A stretch of DNA of 64,000 nucleotides from Raillietiella orientalis. Lineage: Eukaryota. Within the stretch, counting starts at the first letter, position 1. Every line of letters begins with the position of its first letter. The DNA lies in assembly GCA_036172245.1 (NCBI GenBank), contig JAYWIR010000072.1, positions 124,001 to 188,000 on the forward strand, in the 5' to 3' direction. Below are positions 1 to 13,497 of the stretch, piece by piece. The position numbers and the translations under genes were made by a program. Below the pieces are notes generated by a model. It had not been told where the DNA came from. It was given only the letters and a program-made list of their open reading frames with translations, and searched no databases.

Positions 1-1690
1 CCTGCGTACTGTTGGCAAGCAGCGTTTCCGAGTGGCAGGTGAACCCATGCCTGCACTTACGGACGCTGCCACCCACAGTTATCCAGGGAAACCAGTCGGG
101 TTTGATGCCATCCATAGCGAAGCACTGCACACATTCTCTCCAGCGTTGCTAAAGTGCTCGATGCTTCACTAGCACCATGGCAAAAGATTGATGCACTGAA
201 GACTTTTATCTTACCCTCGATAGTGCATCCGATGCGAATAGGATCAAAGCCTAAATCATTTTGGACTGCATTGGATTCCTTGGTTAGGAAGGAAGAGATC
301 CTCTAAAGGAAGAGATCCTCCCCCTTACGCAAGTCTTGTCTAGACAATACCTGTATGATAGTGTAGCTCGCGGTGGTCTCGGCCTGATGCTTCTGGAGGA
401 AGAGGCCGATATCATGGCCGTTGACTCAACCTTCAAGCTCCTTTCCTGTCCGCACCCACTCATTAAAGTAATGCCATCGGCTTCACTTTATGAAACTGTA
501 CGCAGGAAAGTAAGGCAAGAACCTTCCACGGCCCTTACAGCGGGATATCTTAATGGTGAAACCCATCTCACATTTGACCTTTTATCGGGGGAACCCGCAG
601 ACTATTGTTGCCGTGAACGCTAAGCCTCCAAGAGACTTCAACTCCAATGGGTCACAGAACCTGGCCAAATGTCGACTGAGCTGGCCTTAAAGACTATTCG
701 CGAGACCGACCGTAAAGTCGTTACTCGCCCCGTTCGAGGCTTGCGTCGCCTCAATCGCAGTGAGGCTCTTCGATCCAAACCGGATCAGGGCGGTATAATG
801 GACTGCTTGGTTCTGCACTTGGGATCTATGCCCTTCAGCGAGCGCTCAGAGCTCATACGTTTCTGTGACTGGCGCTTTATCCATCGAGCCCGCTTGAACC
901 AACTGTTCCTCAATGGAAACCGAAAGCGTCCAGGTTTACACGAGGCTTGTCGTCACTGCCCGTACACCAGGGAAACCCTGTTCCACGTGCTGTGCCATTG
1001 CACAAGACATTTAGCTACACGTATCCCGGCACAGCACAATCAAGTTCTCGATATCATTGACCAGTTTGCTCGGCCAAAATGTCGCCACCTCGCCATAGAC
1101 CGATCTGACCCGACGATCAACAGTTCCCTTAGACCAGACATTGTTGCGACATACGGTTGCCGTATGCTGATTGTGAACATCACCATATCGTTCGAGAATC
1201 CACGCGACGCCATGAATGCAGCACGGAGCTAAGCCAAAAGTGGAAGAATACCAGGAAGTCAGCAGGGAATACCAGGCACAGGGTCTCCGGGTCAAGGTAG
1301 ATGCGCTCGTTGTCGGGTAGCTTGGGATCTGGCACCCAAACAACCATGCAGTTTTCAGCTGTCTTTGCCTGGGCACGCAGGAAATAAAGGCGATACGCCC
1401 TAGAATCGTGTGCTCAGTGATCCGAGCAGAGAGGGATATCTACTTTGACCACAACACAACCCGTCCTTCAGCGACTACCGCTGGTGAACCTGCAGCGCAG
1501 GAGCTGAAACCGGCGGCTCATTTTAATTTTTTCATGGTGCAGGGCGGCTTAACGGGACCTAATCGAAGTTTGAGCCTATCATGTAGTTTCCCCTTTCGAA
1601 CTCCTCGTCCTCGGTGAACACTTGCGTGTCCCCAAGATTAATCCCCCTTTAAGAACTTCTTTGTACAAATGAAAACGTGGTTAACTAAAA
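1..1690 (+). mobile_element. RLE-type non-LTR retrotransposon (NeSL/Utopia/R5 group, subfamily A), 3' part, decayed
   Basis: Motifs LAPWQKIDALKTF, DWRFIHRARLN, CRHCPYTRETLFHVLCHC zinc knuckle, LRPDIV...FEN RLE domain; stops/frameshifts; ends aaaacgtggttaactaaaa. Confidence 0.9.
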
Positions 1691-1815
1691 GTCATCGTCG
1701 CCGCGTTCGGACGTGTTTCCGCGTCGCTCCGTTGTTGACTCTGTGAAATCGTTTTTGCGACTAAATAATCCCTAGATTCTGTAAGCATTTTTGCAATTTG
1801 CAAGAACTTGGTCCA
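1691..1815. repeat. Non-rDNA repeat abutting element 3' ends (candidate second target site), copy 1
   Basis: gtcatcgtcgccgcgttcggacgtgtttcc... recurs at 8391 and, shorter, at 13476, each time directly after an element 3' end. Confidence 0.7.
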
Positions 1816-2431
1816 TTCGGGACCCAAATATTTCTTGTTCTAAGTTTATTGAACTCAAAACATCAATTTTCAAGTGTTTTGTATAGTATCAACGGAAAGG
1901 TAGGACCATTCCTTTTGACTGTTTTTCCCGTAATATTGCGCCTGCCCGATAATTTGACACTTTGTGTTCAAATTATCGGCCTTTGAGATCGTCGTATCCC
2001 TGTTTGAGTTGAAGAAATAAATAATTTGCAATTGGAAAACATGGAAAATTGGAATTACGTGATCGCGTTGCTACTTAACGCGTAATACGTGGTATGAAAT
2101 TGCAAAGTTCTATTTTTTACTATACAGACAATGAATATGTTTTTAAAAAATTCCGCTTGCTCTAAAACCTCGAATTTGTTGTTTACTCCCCAGAGAAAAC
2201 CAACATTTAACTTTAAATTTTATTTTGAAAATTTCCGAAAATTATTGGCGCCATCTACATCGGTCTCGTTACTAAAAGTGATTTTCGATTATCTTGTTTT
2301 TAAGATGAACGTAATAAATTTTAACTTAATTGCTGCGATCTAGTTTAGTTGCTGGAAAGTGGTCTAACTTATTTTTCTTTCGATTCTTACAAACTAGGAA
2401 ATTTTCAAAATACCTTTGCATCTCTCACTTA

Positions 2432-2635
2432 GCCTCTCACTTATGCTCTCGTGTCTTTTCACAATGCCAGATCACAGTCAAGCTCAGAAGTCTTCTTTCC
2501 TTGCTGATTTTTCCAAGTCCGTTCCCTTGGCTGTGGTTTCGCTACATAGTAGGTAGGGACAGGGGGAATCTCGTTAATCCATTCATGCCCATGACTAATT
2601 AGATGACAAAGCACTTGGCTACCTTTAGACAGTCA
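2432..2635 (-). rRNA. 28S rRNA fragment spanning the R2 target region (diverged)
   Basis: Reverse complement of TGACTCTCTTAAGGTAGCCAAATG...GAATGGATTAACGAGATTCC...CCACAGCCAAGGGAACGG with substitutions. Confidence 0.92.
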
Positions 2636-5600
2636 ACGCCCACTGCAAGCATACAAGCCGGAATGTCCCATGCATGTGTCTCTGATCGACACTGAAGTAC
2701 GGACTGATAGTGCGGACGGACATTCTTCCCTGCCCCCTGCACTGATCGCACCGGCTGCCTCGGTCTTGGTCACTCGGACGGACGTTTCCAGGAGATATCA
2801 GCCGCGAGTGCTCATCACGACACTCTCCAAAGAAAACAGCTGACTTCATGCACCCAGCATCAAGCGATAGACTCCAACGCCAGGAACCAGCCACAATTCC
2901 TACCTCATTCAGCTCGGGCCACTCGACCCTGACGGTTGCCTCGCCATCGCAAACAGAAATGGGCCTATTCGACCAAATTCTCCCGAAGTGAACTGTAACA
3001 TTGCTGGTGCCTCGATCTCCTCCTCACTCTTCCCGAGTGAACTGCGTACGTGCGGGCGGTCGACGGAAAGAAGGGGAAGCGCAGGAAGTCGCGCCCTATC
3101 ATTCCCCCGCTTCAGCGACAAAAGCAACTGGCTCGATCGAATGATATACACCAAACTGACGTGGCTCTCGTCTTCCCGCCAGCTGGATGTGTTCCCCAGA
3201 TCTCCCCACTCCTGTCACGCTCAAGACCCTGTGTTAACACTCTTTTAGCCACAGGGAAGATAACCGCGCAAGAGCCGTCTCGCTCAGGAGAAATGACCTC
3301 AACGCCTGCCACTGGAGAAAAGCACCAGCTCCGCCAGCTGTCCTGACTGAGGACAACGTTCTTCTCGTACACCTCCCGACCAATAGCAGCATGTCATGTC
3401 CACTACCGAGATGCAGCTGGAACACCACAACCCAGCAACCCAGGAGCACATTATGTTCGCTGTGCCGACACCTAGAAATGGCTCACTGGAGTACGGTACG
3501 CGGTTCACATCTCATCTTCGGACGGTGCGACTCGCACGTATCGATACCCGTGGGGAGGCACAAATGCGGCCCTAGGGTGCTCCGTTTCATCGAACCTGCC
3601 CACTCCCCTTCCCGGAGTCGAATTGTGGTAAGAGCTTTTACCATCGTAAAGCGCTCGCCAACCACTCACGGTTTTAAGATTCTTTGGCCAGGGCAGAGGA
3701 AAAGACATATTTTCGAGGGTTGCGAGTGCAACGCGTTGATTCAGACGCGCTGCATTCCAGTCGCCAACCCATGCCATGGCCGAACCAGCCTCTTTGCCCT
3801 CGTACCCCAAACAGACAAGCACGTACTGTTCCCCCTCGCTGACTTGCGAACGCTCCACACTGACAGGACTGGAGAGCGATGAATCTCCTACTCCAACCGA
3901 CGATCCCGATGGCACGAACCGCCCCATCCATGCCTGATCTGCCTCATGATCTGAAATGGAAAACAGTACATTACCGCTGAGGACGCAAGAGCAGGACCTT
4001 CGCTGCCCAGACAATTCATCCTTACCCCCACGTCGAAAGGCAGCCATTGCACAGTGCGCGAGCGAGAGGCCGTGCGACATTGCCGCGAGCAACCGACTTT
4101 CGTTTCGTGCTTCTGGAAGACGAGAGTGAACAGGAATGCAGAGACTCACCCGTCGAAACAGCCGGCCACCCCCCTCATATCACCTCGTATCCATGAAAGC
4201 CGCAGGCAGCCTAGCTCGGGGATGGCACAACCCCGTGCAGTCATAGGAGATGCTACGAGAGTACTCGAGAGGCTCCTAGGGGTTCCCACGGTGGACAATC
4301 GGGATCTTGGCATAAGGTCTCTCTCGATTGCATATCAAGCGATCCGAAGCCAATTGTACTTGCGACCTTTCTCCGTTCCTGCTGTTGGCACAAGGAGATC
4401 GAATATGTCACCTCATGCACTCGAACGGCTATACGTCAGAAACAGGCATCGTGCTATTCGACAAATAATGGATGGTGCCCCAAACATTTGCAATGCAAAC
4501 CCGGAAAGGGTCCATGATTACTTCAGTGAACTTCTTGGTGACACACCAGGCTTTCGTGCCCCATCGTGGGACGCGCAACTAAGCCCTTAGCATGAGGAGC
4601 TTGATCTCTTTTCTTTCTCGGAGTCAGACATTGCCAGCTTTCTAAAACAATGCAAGGACACTGCGCCGGGCGCTGACGGTATCCATTTCTCCGCCTTTCG
4701 GAAATTGGACCCTGAATGCAAACTGTTAAGTGCCATGTTTAACATATGCCTAGCTCTCAGGAGGATCCCAGCAGAGTGGAAAGAATCCAGAACCCTCATC
4801 CACAAGGCGAATGCACAGGAACCTGGAGACCTCTCGCAATTTCGGTCAATAATCATCAATCGAACCATTGGGAAACTTCACCAAATGCATTGCTCGACGG
4901 ATGAGAAACTGGATTTTCCAGAACGACAAATTCGGCTTACACATCTGCAGAGGCGTGAAGCAAGGATGTCCGCTATCTGGACTGCTTTCGATGTTACCTT
5001 CGTGCCACTCTGCCAAGGAGTCAAACAAAATGTGCCCGGGATCACTGTCCTTGCATATGCAGACGACGTGGTCCTGCTTCCAGAGGACGCAGAAACGCTA
5101 CAAAAAGCGCTGGACATCTCTGGCGCCATGGCAGCTCGTCTTGGACTTTCTATCAATGCCAGGAAATGCTCCTTTTTCCACTATGACCAAAAACTTTCAA
5201 AACTGTCGGCCAGGAACTATTCCGAGTATCCAGTGAACCCATATCCGCACTATGGATGCCGGCACGTACAGTTATTCAGGGAAACCGGTAGTGCACAGCC
5301 ACGCGCTAGACGGTGAAATTACCGATTGTGTGGCCAAGGTTCTAGACTCATCACTTGCTCCGTGGAAGAAACTTGACTCCCTCAAGACGTTTGTGTTCCC
5401 TGCTTTCGTACATGCACTCAGAATGGGATCCAAACGAAAAATATTTTGGCCATCCATCGACACCATCATCAGAAAAGCACTTAAAGAGGAGGTCCTCCCC
5501 TTTGGCAGGCCTCCTCTACAGAGTACTTATGAGGACCAATCAGCAAGGGATGCCTTGGCATCATGCGACTCGCTGAGAAGGCTGACATAATGGCCACTGG

Positions 5601-6820
5601 CTCGGTCTTTAGACTCTTATCATGCCCCGATAAAATGATTCGTGAACTGGCATGGGCCTCCTAACGTGAAACTGACAGTCGCAAAACTCTGCAAGATCCT
5701 AATGCTGCCTGTAACTTGAACAAGGTGACGGCTCTTCCTCTCAACTTGCCTTCCGGAGACCCGGAGGACTTCTGGTCCCGTGCCATACAGGCTTCCAAAC
5801 GACTCACGCTAAGATAGCTCATATCGGACAACCAATTATCAATTGAGGTGGACGGTAAAACCTTGCGTGAGTCCGATAGGAAGATTGTCGCCAAATCGAT
5901 CTTTGGAATCCGACGACTGCGGTCCAAACCCGATCAAGGAAGAATCATCGTCTGCGTAGCTTTGCACACATCCTCGATGTCCTACATGGGCAATAGCCAT
6001 CTGATTCGCTTCTCCGACTGGCGTTTCTTGCAACGGGTTTGATCAGATTAAACCAACTCTTTCTAAATGGTAATCGCAAACGTTCCGGTTTCCATGAAGC
6101 ATGCCGCCACTGCCCCTACCCCAAGGAAACGCTCGCCCATGTGCTGTGCCACTGCACAAGACACTTAGGGACTCGAGGCGTATGGCTGTCTCAGGAATGT
6201 CGAGCACCGCGTTATCCCTGACTCGGATTCTGGGAAATCATAACGCGGTGCTCGACATTCCTGAGACAGCCATACGCCCCAAGCGGCGAGAACTGACGAT
6301 TGACCGTTACGATCCTTAAATCAACAGTTCCCTCCGACCTGACATTGTGGCAAGTGACATCGCCGCATGCTGCTCATCGATGACAGTCCCATTTGGGAAC
6401 AGAAAAACATCGATACACAAAGCCCGGGCTCGCAAAATTGCCAAACACCAAATCGCTAGAACAGAGTGTGAGGCGCAAGGTCGGATGGTCAAGGTGGACG
6501 CTATCGTAGTGCGGTCGCTAGAAAGCTGGCACACGAACAACGACGCGGTCCTCAGCTGCCTGGGCCTGAGCAACACGGGAATAAAGGCGCTTCGCTCCGA
6601 GATCGTGTGCTCAATGATCCGGGAGGCTCGGGACATCTATTTTGACCATCCCACGAGCCGACCGTCGATGGAAACCGGATTCACGGCCCGGACTCCCTTA
6701 TCACCACATGTCAACTCGTCCTAGAGCGGAGCAGCGTTCCGCAACCTTATCGACCTGTGACTGCAGTCAGTGATGAATCAGTAACCAGTGAACAAACAGT
6801 GCTTTCTGCCTCTTAGGGCT
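2636..6820 (+). mobile_element. RLE non-LTR retrotransposon subfamily A, 5'-truncated, internal RT deletion near 4930
   Basis: CPLPRC zinc-finger region, RGVKQGCPLSG, LAYADD, LAPWKKLDSLKTF, CRHCPYPKETLAHVLCHC, PFGNR, SWHTNND. Confidence 0.9.
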
Positions 6821-8286
6821 TAAAGCTCTAAGAGGGTGGATGCACCTTTGTATGAGAAGAGTTGGCGATTGGCCCGTTCCGGGACGGCAAGTTTTACTTG
6901 CTTGAACGGGCCGCGGTATGGAACGCTTTTGCAACCCCCCTCCTTTGCCCCCAACTTTTTGTGTGCCCCACCCCCCCAGAAATTAGGAGACGGACAAGGG
7001 GTCTCATACGAAATGCCCTCTGGGGCAATCGGAGTCCCCGCGTTCGAATTAAAGACGTGTTCGCTCCACGCAGGGACGCTGGTTTTGGTCTCCTGACGTT
7101 GGAGCGCATGGAGCGACAGCTCCAATTTCGGAAACTTGCCCTTGTGGCAAAATATTGAACAGCACCCTAGTGTGCACCCACAAGACTCCTAGCTTACAGG
7201 GCGATTGACTGCACAACCTGGCTCTAAAAGCCCGTTTCCGCATGGGCGAAAATAAACGGCTCTAGCGACGAGGACTTCTCTTGCCTCCGTAGAGGCAGAT
7301 ACGCTGGTCAGCCACTGCAGGAGATCGTCCGCAACCGACGAAAACTTCTTTGGGCTTCGTCCACCCCTCTTGCCCTCGTGCTGCCTTCCCTAGGCTGGGA
7401 CAGCCAACAGGAGGCATCGTGGGAAGTGTCCTGCCTCATCAGAGGCAGGAAACAACCTTTGAAGGCGTGGACGTCAAGGGTACTAGCGGACGCTAGTGCC
7501 CCGAGTGTACCGCCGAACGGACTTTCAAGCTGGGGAGCGCTGCTCGACATATTTTTGGAGGGATGAAGTGGCCCCCAGCGTCTTGGGACAACGGCACCCT
7601 TCCCCTGCAGTGGCAGGAGACGGCGTTGCTTCTGCTCCATTGGGGACTTTTAAGCAGAGTACGCCTATCTCACTGGACATCGAGGAGTGTGGATGCCAAC
7701 TGCACAGAGTGCGGGGAACGGGAGACTTTCCCCCACCTGATTCTGTAGTGTGTCGCCCTCCGGGAGATGTGCGACCGACTCTCGTCGATCCTAAACATTG
7801 CGGTCGGCGACCCGAAGAACATATTTAGACGCCTCCTGATGCGGGACGCCTTGCCAGCCTCCGGGTGTGTAGCAGAGCTCTGTTCCATGCGCGGAGTCTT
7901 GGACAAGTGGACAGGAAAGGGAAAGGAGTGGAAAAAACAGTCGGAATGCCATTCACTGGGCAGCCATCTCTTTGTAGAAGGCCTGCCGTTGGCGCTGACT
8001 TCGGAAACATTTGCCGGCACTTGTTCGCATCCGAAACTGGATGCAGAGGCCTCCTCACGGCGTACCGTGATCACCTCTTTTTCCCCTCTTCTCCCAAAAA
8101 CATTGACCCCCTAGTAGTTTTTCTTTTTTTTGGTTTTGTTTTTGTTTTTCCCGCCGCTGCGCCAGTGTGGAGGACCTAATCAGCTTGCGGGCCGGTAAGG
8201 ACATGTGCCACAAGACAGTCGGATCATGTGTGCCGACTGAAACAGATGAACGCATGAAAAAATTATTCGACAAAAAGAAAAAAAGA
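6821..8286 (+). mobile_element. Tx1/L1-like LINE ORF2 3' part with 3' UTR and A-rich tail, inside the RLE element 3' UTR
   Basis: ALWGNRSPRVRIKDVFAPRRDAGFGL (post-RT thumb), CTECGERETFPHL C-terminal zinc knuckle, T-rich UTR, caaaaagaaaaaaag tail. Confidence 0.7.
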
Positions 8287-8390
8287 CTTTATTATGAAAT
8301 TTTTTTTTTTGTAATGTCAAAGTTTCAGTAACAAAAGCCCCGGCTCACCCGGGTGAAAAACCTTTGTATGAGAAACGTGGAATAATAAAA
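8287..8390 (+). mobile_element. 3' terminus of RLE element
   Basis: Ends agaaacgtggaataataaaa, matching the termini at ~1690, ~13475, ~13865 and (minus) ~62851. Confidence 0.7.
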
Positions 8391-8515
8391 GTCGCCGCCG
8401 CTGCGTTCGGACGTGTTTCCACGTCGCTGCGTGCGGTTAATTTGCAAAGTCGCTTTTTGTGCATAATTTGCATTTAAAAGTGTGATCTACCTTGCATATT
8501 TGCAAGAAGTGGTAC
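8391..8515. repeat. Non-rDNA repeat abutting element 3' end, copy 2
   Basis: gtcgccgccgctgcgttcggacgtgtttccacgtcgc...tttgcaagaa, homologous to 1691-1815. Confidence 0.7.
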
Positions 8516-8518
8516 TTT

Positions 8519-11500
8519 TTAGATGACGAAAGTGTCTCTACGGAACTTCCGCTCGTCTCATTTGCAAACAGTGTGTATGAAGATTTTTCAGTAATGACCC
8601 CCATCGATTTTACGTTTTGTGCATCCTCTGTCCACAGTGAACCTTTCCACCAATTTTAATGCCAGTGTGGTGGAAATTGTGGTTCCTGTGGACAATTCCG
8701 TCTTCCGCTTGCATACTGCCATGGCTTTGACCAGAGAGCATGCTTGCCGGTAAGCTAAAAGGGTTGCATCGACCTAATCGAGAGCTTGGCTCCACGCAAG
8801 TTGTACTCAATCACTTTGTGACTCTTGCAACCTCTGTGGTTAGCTTGACTTAGCGAAGAGTCGCACGCCATCTTGGAACGATGCCGCCGTCTTACTGTAC
8901 TCTATCTGTGGCAAAGGAATTGTAAATTTTTCATGCCACAGACGCTCCAGTGCCATGCTCCTTGCCTGACTACGTTTGCATCCACTGCGACAGACATTAA
9001 AAATCGCGTGCGCAAACTTCAAGCACACATGAACCGCATTCATGGCGTTCATGTTTAGGTGGTGCATTTTCTCTGTTAGCTGCCATAAGAGTGAGAACAC
9101 TAAGCAGGTGCTGTACCACCATCGGTGTCTCAATCCTCACGTGCCGCTCCCAGAAATGCTCATCGCACTTAAATACCGGTGCCCTAAGTGCAATGCATCC
9201 TTTGGTCGTCCCTCCCTTAGGAGAGCACACTATAAGTGGAAGCACCTAAACATGGACCGTGCTTTAGGTGCGGCGAATGAAGCGCATGAGGATTGCGGAC
9301 AAGTCATCGAGTTTCCCAACTCCTGGGACGAAGTCGACTATCCAAACTCGTCCAGCAGCTCGACGTCCTTACAGAACCTTAATTGGTTCAACTTGTTGCC
9401 TCCAAGTAACCACAGCACCACGCAGTAAGACAGAATGACCACTGCAGCGAGGACGAAAATGGACAACGAAATGCCTTCAACATCGACGGCGGCTAAACAT
9501 CATCTCAGCCTGCTACATGCTCTGAGCGGGCCGCCTGTCTCGGTACCGACACGAGCTACAAAGGACCTAAATCATCAATATCAGCCCAGAGCACTTGTGA
9601 CCAGGCTCTCTAGTGCTGAGATTGACTATTTTACTCGTCCACATCAGTGCAACGTGCCTCCCAGAGCCCTTACTCCTGTTCAATGGGCACTCGACTCGGA
9701 CCCTTGCCTCTCCCTCGCAAACTAGAGCTGATCTCCTTGAGCAACTCTCCATGAGGGATTCTACCACAATACTGGTGCCTCGTTCTCCTCCATTCGCTCC
9801 TCCTTTGCATATCCCATATGTTCATGCAGTCAAGAGAAAGAAGCCTAGGCGCAGACAACAGCGCCCGGTCATCCCACGGCTACAACGTCAAATGCGGCTC
9901 TCCCAGGAGCATAATGGACAATTCGTGATGCGAGACCCAGATCTTTCACCTAGTGAGCGTGCACCAAATAGATCACCACCGCGGCCTCGCTCCTTAGCAC
10001 ACAAGAACCCGATCCCGGTCACACAGAGAGTGAATGAACCGCCTTTCCCTTCCCAGATAGAGAATGCCTCCTCGTCTACTACTCGACAATCGGCACCTGT
10101 CGCACCTTCGATCCTGACTGAGGATGATGTCCTCCTGGTCTACCTCCCGAACAACACCAGCATGCCCTGCCCACTTCCACGATGCACATGGAAGGCCACA
10201 ACACGGCAAGCCAAGTCCACTCTAGGTTCGCTGCGCTGACAGCTTAAGATGGCTCATTGGATTACGGTACTTGGTTCTCTTCCCCAAAACATTACTGCCC
10301 TCCCACGTTTGGACCTTTGTTTTGTTTTGTTTTTATCATCACCCTGCGCATCAGAAGGACCTCGCCGGAATAGCGCCGGCAAGCAGCAAGCTGTTTTGGT
10401 GTGGTGGAACTTCGGGTACGCCACGCGACAATTCTGTGTATTTTTAGTTTCCATAAACAATTGCCCCGGCATATCAGGGTGTGAAGACAGCAGCGCTGTC
10501 CCTGCTTGCCTTGCAACGCCTCCCCACCAGAGATCTGCCTCGAGGAGCCAAAGGGAGGTTAGGAGAAGGTGGTCGGATCCCCTCAGGGGAACAGCCAGAC
10601 TCCTTGAAGACATTGGGGCTTATCCACCAACTGTGGACAGATAAAGCCTCGCCATGCGTGCACTTGACTCTTCCTATAGCACAATCAGAGATGCTTTCGG
10701 ACTACGCCCCTTTGCTGTGCTCACGATACATGCGAGACCCTCGAGTGTCACCTCCATCCCTCCAAAGGTTGTGCAGTCAGAACCGCCGCCGAGCAATTCG
10801 GCTCATATTGGACGGACCCCGGTTAAGTGCCATGTTGATCGGCAAGGAACACAGGCGTACTTTGCCCATCTCCTTGCGGCTACTTCCGGGTTTCAGCCAT
10901 TGAGCTGGAGCTCTTAACTTTCTGTGAACTATGAGACGGTTGACTTATCTTCTTTCGACCCGAAGGAGATTGCCAGCTGCTTGCGGTTATGTGAGGACAC
11001 TGCTCCGGGAGCAGACGGCAACCTCTTTTCGGCTTTCCGCTTCCTTGACCCCGAATGCCGCTTCCTCACTGCAATCTTCAACATTTGCCTCGCACACCGC
11101 CGGATCCCGCCGGAACGGAAGGTCTCGCGCACGACCCTTATTCCAAAATCGCAGCATACCCAGCTGGAGCATCTCTCCCAATTTCGCCCGATTGCGATCA
11201 GTCGCACCATCGGAAAATTTTTTTTCAAAGTGACTCGCAGGGCGAATGCGCGAATGGATCTTAGACAACCGGGCATTGGGGCCACATCAAAAGGGCTTCC
11301 TTCCCTATGATGGTGTCCTTGAGCACAATTTCATGCTGAGGCACCAGATGGACTACAGCAGGCGTTATCTTCGCACATTGTGCGTTGCCTGGCTGGACTT
11401 GAAGGACGCTTTTGCCTCAATCTCGCACTTCCAGCTCTTCTCCTCCCTCCAATGTGCTGGTGCTGACGATAGCCTCATAGAGCTTATCTGCCAGATGTAC

Positions 11501-13475
11501 TCTTAAAACAGCACCCAGATCGTCACAACCGAAGGCCTCACTGACCCCACTGCGGTCACCAGGCGCGTGAAGCAGGGATGCCCTCTGTCTGGCCTCCTGT
11601 TCAACATTGCCCTGGAACCGCTGTATGTGCATCAAGCAGAACATTCCAGGCGTCAATGTGTTGGCCTATGCTAATGATCTCGTTCTTTTGACGGAAGACC
11701 TGGCTACTCTGCAACGGGCGCTCGACTGTGCGAGTGGGATGGCTAGCCGTCTTGGGCTTAGCATCAACACGAAAAAGTGTGCCTCTCTCCACCTAGACCC
11801 CCGCTCCCCTCGTGCTGCTGGCAAGCAACGATTTCGGGTTGCGGGTGAACCCATGCCTCCCCTCTCGGATGCCGGCATGTATAAATACTTAGGGCGAACG
11901 GTTGGCTTTGACGTCATCCACAGTGACTCCCTAGATGAGGAAATTTTAGCCAGCGTGACGATGGTGTTTGATGCTCCCCTTGTGCCATGGCAAAAAAACG
12001 ATGCCATTAAAACTTTCATATTCTTATTCTTCGTCCACTCGTCACCAATTGGGTCCAAACCGAAAACTTTCTGCGCTGCTCTTGACAACCTGATCATAAA
12101 AGCACTCAAGGAGGACATCCTCCCTCTCACACAAGCTTCCTCCACGGAAGACTTGTATAATTCCGTAGCCCAAGGAAGCATGGGATTAGTCCTCCTAGCA
12201 GAGAAAGCCGAGATAATGGCCATTGATTCTGCCTTCAAATTGCTATCGTGCTCGGACTTCATCATCCCAGAAATGGCTTGGGAGTCCCTTTGCGAGACAG
12301 TCCGAAGAAAAGTCAAACAAGAGCCCTCACCGGACCTCATATCAGGATACCTGAATGGCATCATTGCTGCACCCTTTGATCTGCCATCAGGTGATCCCAA
12401 GGAGTACTGGTCGCGAGCTCGTGAGGCCTCGAAACGGCTCCAGCACAAGTGAGTGGTTAATGCTGACCAAGTCTCTTTACAGCTTGCCACAAGAACCTTG
12501 CGTGAATCTGATCGGAAGATCGCAGCCCGGTCAATCCGTGGCCGACGTTGACTTAGACGCAGTGAAGCTTTCAAAGCCAAGCCTCATCAATTCCAAATCA
12601 TCGACTGTGTGGCCCTTCTCACGGAATCTATGGTCTTTTTGGAGGGTCCAGATCTCAAGAGATCCTAGTGGCTGGCACTTCATTCACCGTGCGCGCCTCA
12701 ACCAAGTGCACCTAAATGGTAATAGGAATCGCCCCGACTTTCATGAGGCCTGCCGTCACTGCCCATATCCCAAGGAGACTCTGTCTCATGTCCTGTGTCA
12801 CTGCACCAAGCACTTGGAGACCGGAATCATGGCACGACACAATCAGATCCTGGATCTAATCGATCCAGTCGTTCGTTCGAAGTGGCGCCACCTCGCCATC
12901 GAACGATCCGATCCGAGCATAAACAGCCCCCTTCGCCCCGACATCGTTACCACTGACGGCAATCGCATACTGATCGTGGACGTCACAATTCCATTCGAGA
13001 ACCGAAGAGACGCCATGGATGCAGCAAGAAGCCCAAAGTTAAACAAATATGGTGGCATCAGCAGAGAATACTAAGCTCAGGGCCTCCAGGTGAAAGTGGA
13101 GGTGATCGTTGTCGGGTCGCTGGGGAGCTGGCACCCGAACAACGACGCCGTTCTCAGCTGTTTCGGCCCGAGTGCACAGGAAATAAAGGCGAGTCGCCCC
13201 AGGATCATGTGCTGAGTGATCCGAGCTGCTCGAGATATCTACTTTAACCACACCACCACTCGACCTACATCGACATTGAACCTGCTGCCCAGGAGCTCAC
13301 TCCGGCAGCGCATCCCTCGTGGTGTAGTGCGGACTTCAGGGACCGGATTGACCTGTGAGCTCAGTGTCCCTCCTTGACTTATTTGTGTCCCACCATTGAG
13401 AAAACCTGGGTGTCACCCAGTGCGTTTTAACTCTTTAGAGTTTTTATTGTTCAACCAAAAGCGTGGTAAATAAAA
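8519..13475 (+). mobile_element. RLE non-LTR retrotransposon subfamily A, near full-length, decayed
   Basis: 5' end homologous to 58620-58847 and 61460-61692 (minus); C2H2 fingers (YRCPKCNASFGRPSLRRAHYKWKH); RT (GPHQKGFLPYDGVLEHN, WLDLKDAF, LAYAND); zinc knuckle; RLE (LRPDIV, DVTIPFENR). Confidence 0.93.
10272..10470 (+). mobile_element. Tx1-like 3' UTR fragment replacing part of the RLE ORF
   Basis: ctcttccccaaaacatt...ttttgttttgttttt...ggacct...gccggcaag resembles 8086-8200. Confidence 0.5.
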
Positions 13476-13497
13476 CGTCGCCGCCGCCGCGTTCGGA

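Noticed and set aside
8391..8430. Hammerhead-like hairpin gacgtg-gaaa-cacgtc-cgaa (minus strand)
   Set aside because: No CUGANGA core upstream; kept only as a hairpin in the candidate second target.
11666..12580. Long antisense ORFs over RT regions (e.g. 304 aa here; also 49088-49744 and 61924-62682)
   Set aside because: Shadow frames of RT-coding or GC-rich rRNA sequence with no independent motifs.
2636..13475. Calling the elements canonical R2
   Set aside because: Wrong orientation and site for R2; motifs such as LAPWQKLDALKTF and DWRFIHRARLN fit the NeSL/Utopia/R5 group.
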